From positions 84,382,001 through 84,446,000 of the forward strand of contig NC_042997.1 in NCBI RefSeq assembly GCF_006345805.1: 64,000 nt of DNA. Reading direction: 5' to 3'. Shown one piece after another: positions 26,986 to 39,810 of this stretch. Position 1 is the first letter of the stretch. Every line of letters starts with the position of its first letter. The notes beneath the pieces are model-generated. The model did not search any database and was not told where the DNA came from. It saw nothing but the letters and a program-made list of their open reading frames with translations. The position numbers were made by a program, and so were the translations under genes. Origin of the DNA: Octopus sinensis (lineage: Eukaryota).

Positions 26986-27656
26986 CACAAGATCAAAGCC
27001 TTCCCACCAGAAATCACCAAAAATATATAATGAAATACAAGTAACTGCAGAATACGTGGGGATAAAGAAGAAACAACAAACCATATTGTCTCTGGCTGTC
27101 CACTCCAGGCCAAGAAGGAATATATTCACTGACACGACAGAGTTGGGATCTATACACACTGGAAGCTATGCCAACACTGTGGAATAACAACAGAAAAAAG
27201 ATGGTATAGGCACACGCCAGAAATGGTCACAGAAAATGAAGAAGCAAACATACTCTAGGCTATACCAATACACACAAATAGAGAAATTAAGGCCAATAGA
27301 CCGGATAAAGTTGTCAGGTAACACAAAAAATGCTTCCTAATCGATGTATCAATACCAACAAATGGTAATATTTCTCTTTAGAGGTAACTCGAATGTGGGG
27401 CCTTAAAACAGAAACAATTCCTGTCATCGTAGGCACATTAGGTATTATAAAAAAACACTCAGACAAATACATAACAAAAACACCAGGACTTACAAGTATA
27501 TATAACATACAGAAAATAACACTACTAGGCACCGCACACATCCTGCATAAAACACTTTCAATACAGAGAAAATAAGGGCACCACAACAAACCACAGCACA
27601 TACCCAAGGTATACAGAGCACGTGATAAAAATAAGACTATTGAATAATAATAATGA

Positions 27657-27745
<89 letters not shown>

Positions 27746-27800
27746 ATAATAATAATGATAATAATGATAATAATGATAATAATGATAATAATAATAATAA
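26983..27800 (+). mobile_element. R4/Dong-like LINE, copy 2, decayed, head-to-tail with copy 1
   Basis: High similarity to copy 1 plus upstream QDQSLPTRN and CCHC-region remnant; internal deletion; (TAA)/(TAC)n tail. Confidence 0.88.
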
Positions 27801-27814
27801 GCATGAATTCAAAT

Positions 27815-28002
27815 TTTTGCCACAAGGGCACCTTGCGGGAGGGGATTAAGTCGATTACATCAATCCCAGTGTTTAATTGGTACTTAATTTATTGACCCCG
27901 AAAGGATGAAACGCAAAGTTAACCACGGCGGAATTTGAACTCAGAACGTAAAGACAGACGAAATACTGCTAAGCATTTCGCTTGGCATGCTAACGATTCT
28001 GC
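27815..28002 (-). mobile_element. SINE family B
   Basis: Homologous to 23815-24010. Confidence 0.85.
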
Positions 28003-29104
28003 AATAATAATAACATACACATGGTTTGTCTTGGTATAAAAGATGGGCTATACCAAATATTCTGCTCAATACCACAGATTTGCTTGTCAGTTACTTAACA
28101 TTAACAAGTTGAGCATGTCCCTTTATTTGCTGACGATATGTGCATCTCTGATCACGACCAGAAGTAGTGTGGGAGCACCATAGCCACGTATTGAAAGAAA
28201 TTCTTTGAAGCCTGTATAATTCATATCTGGAAACGTAGGCGTTTCGTCCATCATCCGAAAACAAACCTTATTCAGGGACCATTTTAGTAGGATGGTCTCT
28301 CGACCTGAAGAATATTCTAACTGGGTCCTAGCTACAAGATCATGCGCTGTTTATCTTAATATGAGATCACCTTATCGCACGCATATAGTTGTGATACATG
28401 TGCCTGGCGTATCCTTATCAGACGGGTAGCCATGATGGGTATATTGAACTTCGTATATTTATACCCCACTGTCACTTTGATGATATGTGACTGCTCTCTC
28501 AATAGATATAATTTCAAAAATAAGCAGACACATTTAATTTGCACTTTAAAAAGACAAAATGATAATAATTTTAAATGATAAGAAAATCATTAACCAGAGC
28601 GCCAGTACTACCATCAATCTATAACTACTCTCAACAGCAACAACAACAACAAACAAACAAACAAACAAAAGCATCAACAACATCATCATCAACAAAAACA
28701 ACAATTGTATCTTTAGCTAAAGTTGCGAGACAAGGGAGGTAACTGTTGTTTAAGACTGAACTTGAAGCAAGAAGGCAGACAAGGCTGGTGCACTACATCC
28801 TTACAAACAAGCTGATGCCGGAGTATTTAGATAAGAAGAATGTAAGTCTCACAGCTATAGATAATAATGACGATGTAAACCCTTCCAACCCTATTACCTT
28901 TGCGGCATCTTCTAATGGCAGCAAGGCTATCCCTTTAGTATACCCCATTGTGAAAGTAGAGACGAGATCAAGCAGACTGGCGGTGGAGGACTGAAAGCGT
29001 TATTGTTATATGTCGTGAGAGTTAAAACCATTTGACAGTCAAATGCTTGGAAGGATGGCAAAGACGATAGTGACAATAGATAGCAGTAACAACAGCAACA
29101 ATAC

Positions 29105-29152
29105 AGTACAGACGATTGGAAGTACAGACGATTGGAAGTACAGACGATTGGA
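29105..29152. repeat. Three perfect tandem copies of 16-bp AGTACAGACGATTGGA
   Basis: Direct reading. Confidence 0.97.
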
Positions 29153-32100
29153 AGAAGTACTATGAGTGGTATTATAGCACCACCGGCCACTTCTTCGAGG
29201 TTAATCAAAGTAGAAACGAAATTAGCTCCTCTTCATCACTATTAATACCAGGTGAAGACGATGTATGTGGGGTACCGTGAAATTGAAAGTGATCCCTTCC
29301 TTTACAGTACAAAGGCGGTTAAAAGATAAAGAGCAGCAAATCTGAATTTTGGCGATATGGGTATGGAATCTGAAGAAACATAAAGAACTATATAGACTAT
29401 CATAAAGAACTAACATAAAGAACTAAAGAGAACAGAAATGGAAGGAAGAGGCAAAAATAAAACAATGAAATTACAATTAAAAAACAACAGGATATGTTGA
29501 CGAAGCTAAAATGACCCAAGGAATATTGTTCTGATTGGGGGACAAATTATGGATTGAACACTTCAAATCCCAAAATGATAGTTGGCTGATGAAAATCACA
29601 ATAACAACTTAGCAACGATTAATGAAGCAGTCCCCAGATGATATGAGAGACTTCGAGGTTCAGTGTAAATTCAGAAGACTCTAGTTTGTAGCTGTATGTG
29701 GACAAAAACTCGGGGCTGAACGGGATTGGAATTATGGATTCTTCACTGAATCTTATACACAGTGTCTCTCACTTCTGCGTAAGTAGGAACTTTAGTTTTT
29801 TGCTTGCTAAATTCCCTATACTGTATCACACTTTAAATTGTCCACTTATCTATTGATATGTACATCCCATACGTTATTTTATGTTTAAGATCTGGGCAAT
29901 GAAGAAATAACTATGACTCTTTTTATTATAGTTTGAATCTTTTTTTAATCATCATTCTCCTTAAAACGATTTTATGACCATAATGGTAAAATGACAGTGA
30001 AATTGAAAGTAGCAGAATATTTAGTTTCACATCTCTACATTTTGAGTTCAAATACTGTCAGAGTCGTCTCTTTCTTTCATAAGTACCAATTATGTACTGT
30101 TGTTCTTTTTGCCACTCTCTTTTCCCTACGCATTGTAGGAAAACGCAGTTTTTCATCCTCTATATATCAGTGTCTTGCAGATTGAATGATTCCCAGATAG
30201 CTGATTCTAATGGTTAGCTGTCAGATGAGAAGATGCCTCTTGTTTAACAGCATATATATTTGAGTATCCAAGGACTTCGATTTGTGCTTCGGTCATAGGT
30301 ATTTAATTTGGTTCTTCCAGGTCGAAGATCTACCCAAACAAAACTGACATCAGCAACAATAAAAATGAACATTTACGTTATTCTTTATGAAAATCTCTAG
30401 AAATAGTAACGTCAATTCCATAAACTCTAGTATTAAAGTATCTTTATCTTTAATTAAAATTCTATTTGTGATCCAAATGGAAAACAATCTAGGGAATAGC
30501 AAAATGTAACCATTAAATGAAAAACCGGGCCCGATTTGATCGATTTGACACCATTAGAAACCATTATAAAGAAACTAACAAAAATCCCATTATATTTTTT
30601 AAAATGTTGTCATGATATGAGGATCCTAGTATCTCTGAAAACTGTGGATTGAAGTCGAAAAGAAGTATGAGGAACAATTATATTGAAATAGCGCAATGAG
30701 GAATCGAACCTGTATTTAGATTGTCTGAACATGACCGCAATTCTACAGTTCTCGCACTACAGCCTGCTTATCTCTCCATAAATTGATTAATCATTGGTAA
30801 CGTTAATTAGTAACAAGTAAATTTTAAAAATAAAAGCAATAAAAATATCTGGTTTTAACTACTAAATTTTCCTGAAGTGGATTTCTTTTAATTATCGTGA
30901 AAAAAAGTTGTTTTTCTGATAAAAAAAACAAAAAAACAAAACAAAAAACATTGCTTTGCTTCAAAATACACAATCAATAGAAAAGATCGAATGCAAAAAA
31001 ATCGAAGTGAAATTGCCTTGTGGAGGATTATTGATTTTGTTCCGAATTTTGTTCTGAGTAATTTCCAAATAATAATTGACAGATTTCATCATTTCGAAAT
31101 TCTCATGTCCTCCATCTTCGCTAATGTTGATTTGACTGAAGGGTCAGAAATTATAAAATGAATTAATACAAAAATAAATACAACAGAAGCAAAAATAAAA
31201 AAAAGGAAATACAACAGAATAGAAGGAAGGACGAAAAAAAATACAATATCAGGACAGAAGATTCTCAATTTTTAAAAACCCATTTTATTTTGCTGTCCTT
31301 TTATTTTTTTGAAATTCTCGATCAGAATTTGTCAACATTAATCTTCGGATGAAGAATTACGAATCCACTGAAATTATGGTTATTGTTAGAAAAAAATAAG
31401 GGAGCGAGGAGAAAGAACTGAGCACTAAGCTAAATTCTTTACAGTGTTTAATTCGCTCCTCTTAACTTCTGAGTTCAAATCCCGTCAGAGTCAACTTTGC
31501 TGGTCATGACTACAGGGTTGATAAAATAAGTATCAGCCATATTGAATTCAATTCTATTGACTAAAATCCCCCCTTAAAAGTTTCTGGCTTTAAGTCAGTG
31601 TAAGAAATCATATTTTTGTTAATAACAAAATGAATACTTAGCAAAATTTCTTAAGCAGTTCGGGTAAATGCTTTCGAACCCGCGAGCAATAAACTAGTTT
31701 TTTTTTTAGTTATCTCGACAAAATATTTATGAATGAGAAAGGAAGGGGTGATGTCATACTTGGTAGTGGGATGATGAAAATTGTACGCTGAAAAAATAAA
31801 TCAAACAGCATTTCAACTGTGTGAAGGGGGGTATGTAAATGTGTGTGTGTATGTGTGTGCGCGTGCGCAAATGAAGTGGGATGGTTCATCTTTGTTCGCT
31901 TAGTATTTGGGTTTATATTTTGATTTGGTTGAATCATGATTGGTTTTTTGTTGGTCAGTTACTTTTAGCGTTTTGACAGAAAAAAGTCATTCTAAAATTG
32001 TTTTTTAACATAAGCGTGCCCCAAAAGTCGAATGCTTACATAGAGTGGGTTTTACAGTCACATCATCCAAACCGACTAGTGAAACTGGGCTTAGCTGCTA

Positions 32101-32143
<43 letters not shown>

Positions 32144-32179
32144 AAAAGTAAATATAACACCTTCAAAAGTAATTACGCT

Positions 32180-32893
32180 ATGAATACTAGTAAAAATATT
32201 TGGTTAATAATTCCTTACGGGAGACAAATTAAATCTAATCTCCCACTGCTGTTTCGTCAAGCTATTGCTAGGAATTTTCCAAATAATTCTAGATATTACT
32301 CTATAATTAATTCACATAAAGTTAGGATAGGTTTTTCAAACACAAAAAATCTCTTGCAAATTATATCTTCTCATAATAACAAACTGTTAAATATTAATAC
32401 ATTTACTAATACTAACATTAATTTAGCTACTACCATCCAACCCTCTAGAAATATTAATAACAAGGTTATTGTATCTGAAGTCAATCCCAATAGAATTAAA
32501 TTTATGTCAAGTAACTCTAAGATTAAAAATTCTATATACCAGTGTATAATCAGTACTCGTAATAAAGTACAATTTTACATTGGAAGCACATCGTTAGAGT
32601 TATCTAAGAGAATTTCTATCCATTACTCAACATTTAGGGATAGAAATAAACGGAATAGTACCGGTCTCAGCAAACTGATTTGGAATTTAAAAGACCACAA
32701 TGAACAATTTCATTTGGAATGGTTGATCCTCTCAATTTCGATACCATATGACAAAGGCAAGAAATTCTGTCTTCTCTGCAATTCTGAGCTATTTTTCATT
32801 ATTTTTTCTAAAAATACTCTAGTAAACACGGTTATAGAACGAGCATACAGATGTAAGCATTGGCAAAAACATACTTTTAGTGCATATAAGTAG
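32180..32893 (+). CDS. PLE thumb/linker plus GIY-YIG endonuclease (RT missing), 237 aa, no stops
   Basis: IWLIIPY (WFNPPY-like), ISSHNNKLL, SIYQC...FYIGST (GIY-YIG), RISIH, GLSKLIWNLK, CLLCNSE, N...E...CKH; translation in vivo not shown. Confidence 0.85.
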   Translation: MNTSKNIWLIIPYGRQIKSNLPLLFRQAIARNFPNNSRYYSIINSHKVRIGFSNTKNLLQIISSHNNKLLNINTFTNTNINLATTIQPSRNINNKVIVSEVNPNRIKFMSSNSKIKNSIYQCIISTRNKVQFYIGSTSLELSKRISIHYSTFRDRNKRNSTGLSKLIWNLKDHNEQFHLEWLILSISIPYDKGKKFCLLCNSELFFIIFSKNTLVNTVIERAYRCKHWQKHTFSAYK

Positions 32894-33093
32894 TCTCTAT
32901 CATTATATATAGTTTAGACTTTAATTTCCTTTATATTAACATTCACTATTAATATCCCTACTCTTTCTGTTAGCTACTTATGACGTTATATCATATAACG
33001 TTTTTTTAAACAATATTAATAGCGTTCTGTCTATCGCTATACGAATCTATCATTTTTTGCTAAAATGTCGTATTGACAAGTTTCGTTTTTTCC

Positions 33094-33179
33094 CTTTCCC
33101 GAAGAGAAGATTGCATTGTTTATACCTTTTATTCTTTTGAATAAGTATCAGTGGAATTTTTGAAACATATGTAGAAAGA
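33094..33179 (+). ncRNA. Type I hammerhead-like fold, core CCGAAGA (U4C)
   Basis: Stem I ctttc/gaaag, stem II gaagatt/aattttt, GAAA, palindromic stem III ACATATGT, H17=A. Confidence 0.55.
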
Positions 33180-33220
33180 AAAAATACTTGTTTAAACCTG
33201 CGTTAACTCCATTTTTTATT

Positions 33221-33267
<47 letters not shown>

Positions 33268-33292
33268 CTCTATATATATATAAATATATATA

Positions 33293-33470
33293 GAAGGTTG
33301 AAAAGGAACACACGAGTTGATATATATGGAAAAAAGTCAAGGTAGAAAATACTAAAATAATTTTATAAAAAACATTTCAGTACCGGTTTCAGTCATTGAG
33401 ACTTCTCAACTGTAAGTATGGAAAACAAGTAAATTTTGGAAAAATTAAAAGGAAAGTTTTTTTAAAGAAT
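33293..33470 (-). mobile_element. PLE-type terminus with degenerate minimal hammerhead (33378-33412)
   Basis: Minus strand cag-TTGAGA-agtc tcaat gact-GAAA-ccgg-TA-ctg; ends in (TA)n. Confidence 0.55.
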
Positions 33471-33704
33471 ATTTGCATAGTATTCAAATACGAGGGGAAT
33501 TTTCCTTGTTTCTGCTTGTCTCTGTCTCTTTTGTTTACTCTTGTGGGTTCGAGGTCGTTGTGAAGTCTTGGCAGGGAAGAAGAAGAAAAAGAAGAAGGAG
33601 AAAAAGAAGAAGGCGGAGGTGGAGGAGGAGGCGGAGGAGGAAGAAAAGAAGAAGAAAGCGGGTGTGTCATGATAGTAGTAGCATGTTAAATGGTCAAGTG
33701 CCCT

Positions 33705-34227
33705 GAAAGTGACTTGTTGTGGATGGTGGTAGTGATTGAATTCTTGAGACATCTCTTTTATTGTTTATAAAATTTGCGTGGGTGTTATTCTAAACAGCAA
33801 TAGTAGTAAAGTTAGGAAGGAGGTGGCGGAGAGGAAGAAGACGAAGAAGAGGAAGGAGAAAGAGAAGAGAGAATAATAATGGAATGCTGGTGGCATGATA
33901 GTAGTAGGATGTTAAGTGACCTTAAAGTAACTCGTTATGGATTATAACTGTGATTGGGACTGTTTTTTAATGAATTCTTGGGAATCTCTTGAGTGTATCA
34001 TTCTTAATATTTGCGTGTGCGTTCGTGTTATTCTAAGGCCATGGTAGATATGTCGTTTGTTGTAGATGTGTTTAAAAGGGGTCGTCTTCTTCCTCTCCGT
34101 CACCCCCTTCCCAACTTTACTACTATTGCTGTTTAGAATAACACATAGGAAAATTTTATAAACAATGCATTCAAAAGAGATGGCTCAAGAATACAGTCAC
34201 TACTACCAACCACAACAAGTCACTTTC
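33705..34227. repeat. Approx. 140-bp imperfect inverted repeat (33705-33844 / 34082-34227) with a third, direct diverged copy inside the spacer
   Basis: gaaagtgacttgttgtgg...gtgttattctaaacagcaatagtagtaaagtt.ggaagg...gagaggaagaagacga matches the reverse complement of the right arm. Confidence 0.88.
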
Positions 34228-34339
34228 ATAGACACGCATACACACCACATACAAACATATGCACACATAAATACAGGTTGGCATACAATCATATATAATA
34301 TAGAAACAATATACATTAATATACTTTAAATATATACAA

Positions 34340-34457
<118 letters not shown>

Positions 34458-35506
34458 TATATATAATATATATATATATAATATATATATATAAATGTGT
34501 TTATGCACATACTAATGTGTGTTTTATAGATCTCTCTCTATATATATATAATACATACACACAGGAGACAAAGAAAGCAAAGAGAGCGAGAGGCAAGAAG
34601 AGAGAGCAGAGAGAGGAAGTGGAGAGAGAAAGAAGAAAGTTTCATCGACTTTCTCTCAAAATGTATCAAAATGTTTCTCTGAGTTTTATTGTTGAGAATA
34701 GTTGAAAAGTATATTCCCTTCTTCCGAAACGAGTTCTTGAAAGGATGATATGTTACACTCTATTATGTCTTAGAAATCAGCAATTGTATTTCGAATTTTA
34801 TGACTTGGTAAAAACACATTGGGCAGGTTTTTTGCTAGTTCTGGAGTCAATTGGAAAGAGCTGATTTCGCCGAGTCGTTTGAGTGTGGACTGTTTTGTAG
34901 CATTAGTTCCGCTCCTCGTGTTCTAATTTCAAATCTAGCCGATACAAAATTTGTATTAAATCATTTTAGGCTTTATAAGTAAAATACCTGTTAAATACTG
35001 TGATCGATTTTTGGATTGTCTATGGCTGGAAAAAAGGTACTTGTATTAAAAGTAAAAACGAGAGAAAAAGAAAATCCAAATGGATAATATGTGAAACCAC
35101 GTGTAAACTTTACGATAAGCATAAAATGCTTGCCAAGGAAAAGTATCAGGAAGTTATTCGTCGACCTGATGACGCAAGGAGGAGATAGAGGAGAAGGAAA
35201 TCATTTGTCTGTGGAGCTGTTGTTATAATTATTATTTAGCCGGAATTCCAAGCTGATTGAGTAGTAGAATAAAATCAAAAGTGTCCTATGATTGATCATC
35301 TCAACTTTCCACTTCGGTCACAGTGTTGTCTACGTCTACATCATATAATCTATTCCTGTTTCTTCATATATATATATATATATAAATAAACTGTAAATTA
35401 AAGTATTGGTTAAAAGAAGGCAGGCTACAATCTTTGTTGACTCGTCAGCTGAGCAGTAAATCGTTAGCCAATAGGCATGTTGCAATGAATTTAGTTGCTG
35501 CTGCGG

Positions 35507-35541
<35 letters not shown>

Positions 35542-35548
35542 GCTACTG

Positions 35549-35589
<41 letters not shown>

Positions 35590-35618
35590 GCCACACCACC
35601 ACCACCACTACCACCAAA

Positions 35619-35657
<39 letters not shown>

Positions 35658-36222
35658 GTTTTTTTGTAAATAAGAGGTTCAAAGGAAACAGCAGCAACAA
35701 TAAAATGGTCGAGAGCCTCCACATAAGCAAATGACCGGCTAAACATAGCCAGACCTCATTCAAATCCCACCCAGCCATCTTTTTTATATTTTCAAAAACG
35801 AAGTAGTTCTAGATACATAAACTGACGGGATGGCCACGACTGATAAACATTTCTCTTCAGATCCACTCAATTAGGAAAGAAGTGGTCGAGCAACAAATGC
35901 AAGACAACGAAGGACTTTAATATGTGCAAGTGACCTGCTGGAATCAGCAGTCAAATTTCTTTCAAAACCATACTCTATCACAACCTTTGTTACTAATACA
36001 CCAGAGACTGCTCTTGGTTCATAGAACCATAGATACAAAATTCTTATTTTAAAATGTTCTATATCAATAACTTCTGTCAATATTTCATGCAATTTTACGT
36101 CCCATGTATAAGCTTATTAATGACAAAGTTATTTTATTAAATTCTTCTTTATTACATTCTAATTAGTTGAAATAAAAACAGTATATATCAACAGAAATAA
36201 GAGTAGCGAAAAGGTTTAAAAA

Positions 36223-36266
36223 ACTGAATGGAGTGTAATATCGTGAGATATTACACTCCATTCAGT
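36223..36266. repeat. Perfect 20-bp inverted repeat with 4-nt loop
   Basis: ACTGAATGGAGTGTAATATC-gtga-GATATTACACTCCATTCAGT. Confidence 0.95.
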
Positions 36267-36506
36267 AGTCTGCTGGGTGTAGTCTGATATGTTACTGAAC
36301 GAGAATAAACATCATCCTACCAGCATGAGCAGGAATAATATTCCTGTTCAACACAGCCACAAGAACAAGATGTCCAATATAGCCCAAAATTTCATTGGAA
36401 AATATTTCTACTCCAATAAATTGACCAGCAGAAACGGAGGTTTAGAGATGCATGGATCAATGCATGTGCATGATTCATATATATATGTGAATATATGTAT
36501 ATATAA

Positions 36507-36567
<61 letters not shown>

Positions 36568-36602
36568 CACACTTATATATACCTACATATATACCGACAT
36601 AT

Positions 36603-36635
<33 letters not shown>

Positions 36636-36919
36636 CATATATATACCTATACAAACATACAAACATACATAAATACATACATATATGTGTGTGTGTTTGT
36701 GTGTAATACATGTACGTGAACGCATATATATAAATACATATGTTTGTATCTAAGAGTGTGTCTCTGTGTGTGCATGTGGTTGTTTGTCCTATGCTTTCGT
36801 ATCTAAAAGCATCGAAAATGGACCCTGAAGAACGCAGCTTTACTTCTGTATCTAGCATAATAAAAGTAGAAATACTAGACGTGCATATTATTAAATTTTG
36901 ACACGTATGCGCGTCTATG

Positions 36920-36955
36920 GCTATCTATCCTCCTATCAATCTATCTATCTATCTG

Positions 36956-37020
<65 letters not shown>

Positions 37021-37062
37021 ATATCTATCTATCTATCTATCTGTCTATCTGTCTATCTATCT
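36920..37062. repeat. (TATC)n microsatellite
   Basis: Direct reading. Confidence 0.95.
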
Positions 37063-37587
37063 ACATACACGTACACAAACAATCCACAAATATATAGCAA
37101 GATATATAAATAGATAGATTGGCGAATATATAGATCAATTCATACATGTATACAATCGAATAATCTGTAAGGGGGATTAGGGAACTTCGGGGTATTTTCG
37201 ATCAATATGTAATATATTTCGGGATTTTATATCAATTTTGTACGATATAAAGAAAGAATTAAAGAACTACATAGCGAAGGAGAAATAAAATTTTATTATC
37301 AACAAATCTCTAATAAATCTTATTATCATCATTGTAAATACGACTCAATAATAATAGTAATGTGTGTGTACGTGTGTATGTATGTGTGTGTATGTGTGTG
37401 TGTACGTGTATATACATACATATATAATAAATAACATGTATAAGTAATATGTATATGTATATATACACATTATACATGTATATATGTATATGTAAGTATA
37501 TATAAATATTTTTATTCGTTTTTATACACAAATGTCTTGTAGATTCATATACATGAGTATGTATATATATATATATTATATGATATA

Positions 37588-37628
<41 letters not shown>

Positions 37629-38135
37629 TACACATTATATAAATACATACACACACACACATATAGGAACATACATATATAAATTTTTACATGTTTATTT
37701 ATATATACATATTAAATTACATATACATATATATACGAGTCAAAACAACTCTTAACCACGTGTGTATACATACACACACACACAACACACACACACACAC
37801 ACACACATATATACATAATTACATACATCCTACATACATACTTCTGTATGTTTCTAATGACAGGAGTGTAGATGTATTTTGTACACAAAAATTATTATTT
37901 TTACTTATGCTCTTTTGGAAAGGTTATTCGTTATCCACTGTTTTGGCTAAAAACTTCAAACGCACTTCAGAATTTAATAATCGAGGGACACGGCATCAAA
38001 CATGTCGATTACGACAGTAAACTATACACATGCGGTCACATTTACATTCACACACACTCACATACACTCATACACTCTCATACTAACACACCAAAACATA
38101 CTGCAATCGCAGTGTATATACATACATACATGAAT

Positions 38136-38166
<31 letters not shown>

Positions 38167-38532
38167 CATACATATATATGTATGTATATATATTTACATG
38201 TGTATTTATGTATGTATGTTTGTATGTGCAGAATCATTCATATTGGTGTCAGAATTATTATTAAAATTGGGAATATTAATAAAGTCTTAGGTGACTTAAA
38301 ACATTTATTGTTTGGGGAATGGAGAAAAAACACTGTTGAGAAAGCAAATTTGCTTTGCTTCATCTTTGTTTGAGAAAAGTAATTGGTGTTTAACGCTGGT
38401 AGAATTGAAATGCATTATGCGTGTATAGACCAACAACCCCATACACGTCACATACATACATATACAATGCAAACACACATATATCTGTGTGTGCGTTTGT
38501 GTGCATATTCAGTGAGACTCCCAAAAAGGTTA

Positions 38533-38586
<54 letters not shown>

Positions 38587-38640
38587 AATACATATATATG
38601 CATATATGATATTATATATTAACACATATATTTATGTATG

Positions 38641-38693
<53 letters not shown>

Positions 38694-38819
38694 TTATATA
38701 AATATGCACATAGATGTATATATGCACATATATATATTTCTTTATCTATCTATCTGTCTATCTTTATATGTATATATGTACGAATATATGTACATATATA
38801 CACACACAGACATACGCAC

Positions 38820-38873
<54 letters not shown>

Positions 38874-38985
38874 ACTTGGTACACATACAAGACTTCCTAC
38901 TCGACGTTGCCGGGCAAATATTGCACTGATTTTTTTGCTTGTTTGCTGAATGAGAATTAAGGTACTTATGCACACACCCGCGCGC

Positions 38986-39020
<35 letters not shown>

Positions 39021-39239
39021 CACATGCACACACACACACATACACATGCACACATACACACACACACACACACCACACACATATGTATATAAAATCTAAC
39101 TTCTGGGCACTTTAATTAGAACTATCCCATGTATAAGTGCATTCATATTCACAATTTTCTTCATACATTTGTCTGAAAGAGTATTGATAATGCTTTCCAT
39201 GGTAAAGAAGAAAGACAAGTGTACCCCTTGGTTGTCTAA

Positions 39240-39544
39240 AGGGGAAACCTTTTTATGACAACTTTTCTAGTCGACCTGACCTACTTCAAGACTACTTCTT
39301 CAAGACTATTTTCATTCCTTATTCCCCGGCTTAAAGCCTCATACAACCTGTCATGCTGGAAAACTGGTTTCTCAAGATAAATTACGATATTGTGCCAGAT
39401 CTGTCCTTCTACTATATATATTGTCGCTTCAAAATAGAACTGTATCGAGAACTGGGTCTGCTGAACAGGTATATCTTTACTTTCTGATGTATTAGGCTTA
39501 ATTCTAGGAATCATGACAATGCTATTTTCTGACTGCACCAACAA
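39240..39544 (-). pseudogene. Helitron RepHel PIF1-like helicase C-terminal remnant
   Basis: IPRIK...QTQFSIQFYFEATIYIVEGQ...IYLEKPVFQHDRLYEALSR parallels IPRI...RRQFP...FAMTINKSQGQ...VF-x-HGQLYVALSR. Confidence 0.8.
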
Positions 39545-39569
39545 TGATCTTTGCTTTGATTAGATTCTC

Positions 39570-39810
39570 GTGCATTTCTATACGAACATCCATGTTCCAC
39601 TACAAAGTCCAGGAGGATCTACGTTTCTGTTATTTGTTCTTTGTCTCACTTCCTGGAGATGTGCACTAATATCCACTTCAATCTCTCCTTTATTTCTTGA
39701 CTCTGTTATCCTGGAGTCTTGCTTCCGTCATCTCAACATGTCATCTCTTGTCTTCCCTCTTGCGTTTGCCGCTGTTTGGCATCGTATCTTGACCCTAGTG
39801 ATCACCTTCT
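39570..39810 (-). pseudogene. Possible RTE-type LINE 3' remnant
   Basis: Weak GKRKRGRQ-like C-terminal motif across frameshifts. Confidence 0.3.

Larger units (their letters stand above)
32141..33222 (+). mobile_element. 5'-truncated Penelope-like element flanked by (TA)n on both sides
   Basis: Endonuclease ORF, then T-rich 3' UTR with a hammerhead-like fold; the reading frame stays open upstream of the ATG into the TA tract. Confidence 0.88.

Noticed and set aside
29105-29152. Short direct repeats as a CRISPR-like array
   Set aside because: Contiguous tandem copies with no spacers, no cas genes, eukaryotic context
30691-30764. tRNA-like sequence on the minus strand (GGTTCGATTCC)
   Set aside because: Only the T-loop/B-box is recognisable; acceptor and anticodon stems do not pair, so probably a decayed SINE head
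35166-35205. CTGATGA...GAAA
   Set aside because: The intervening purine-rich stretch cannot form stem II
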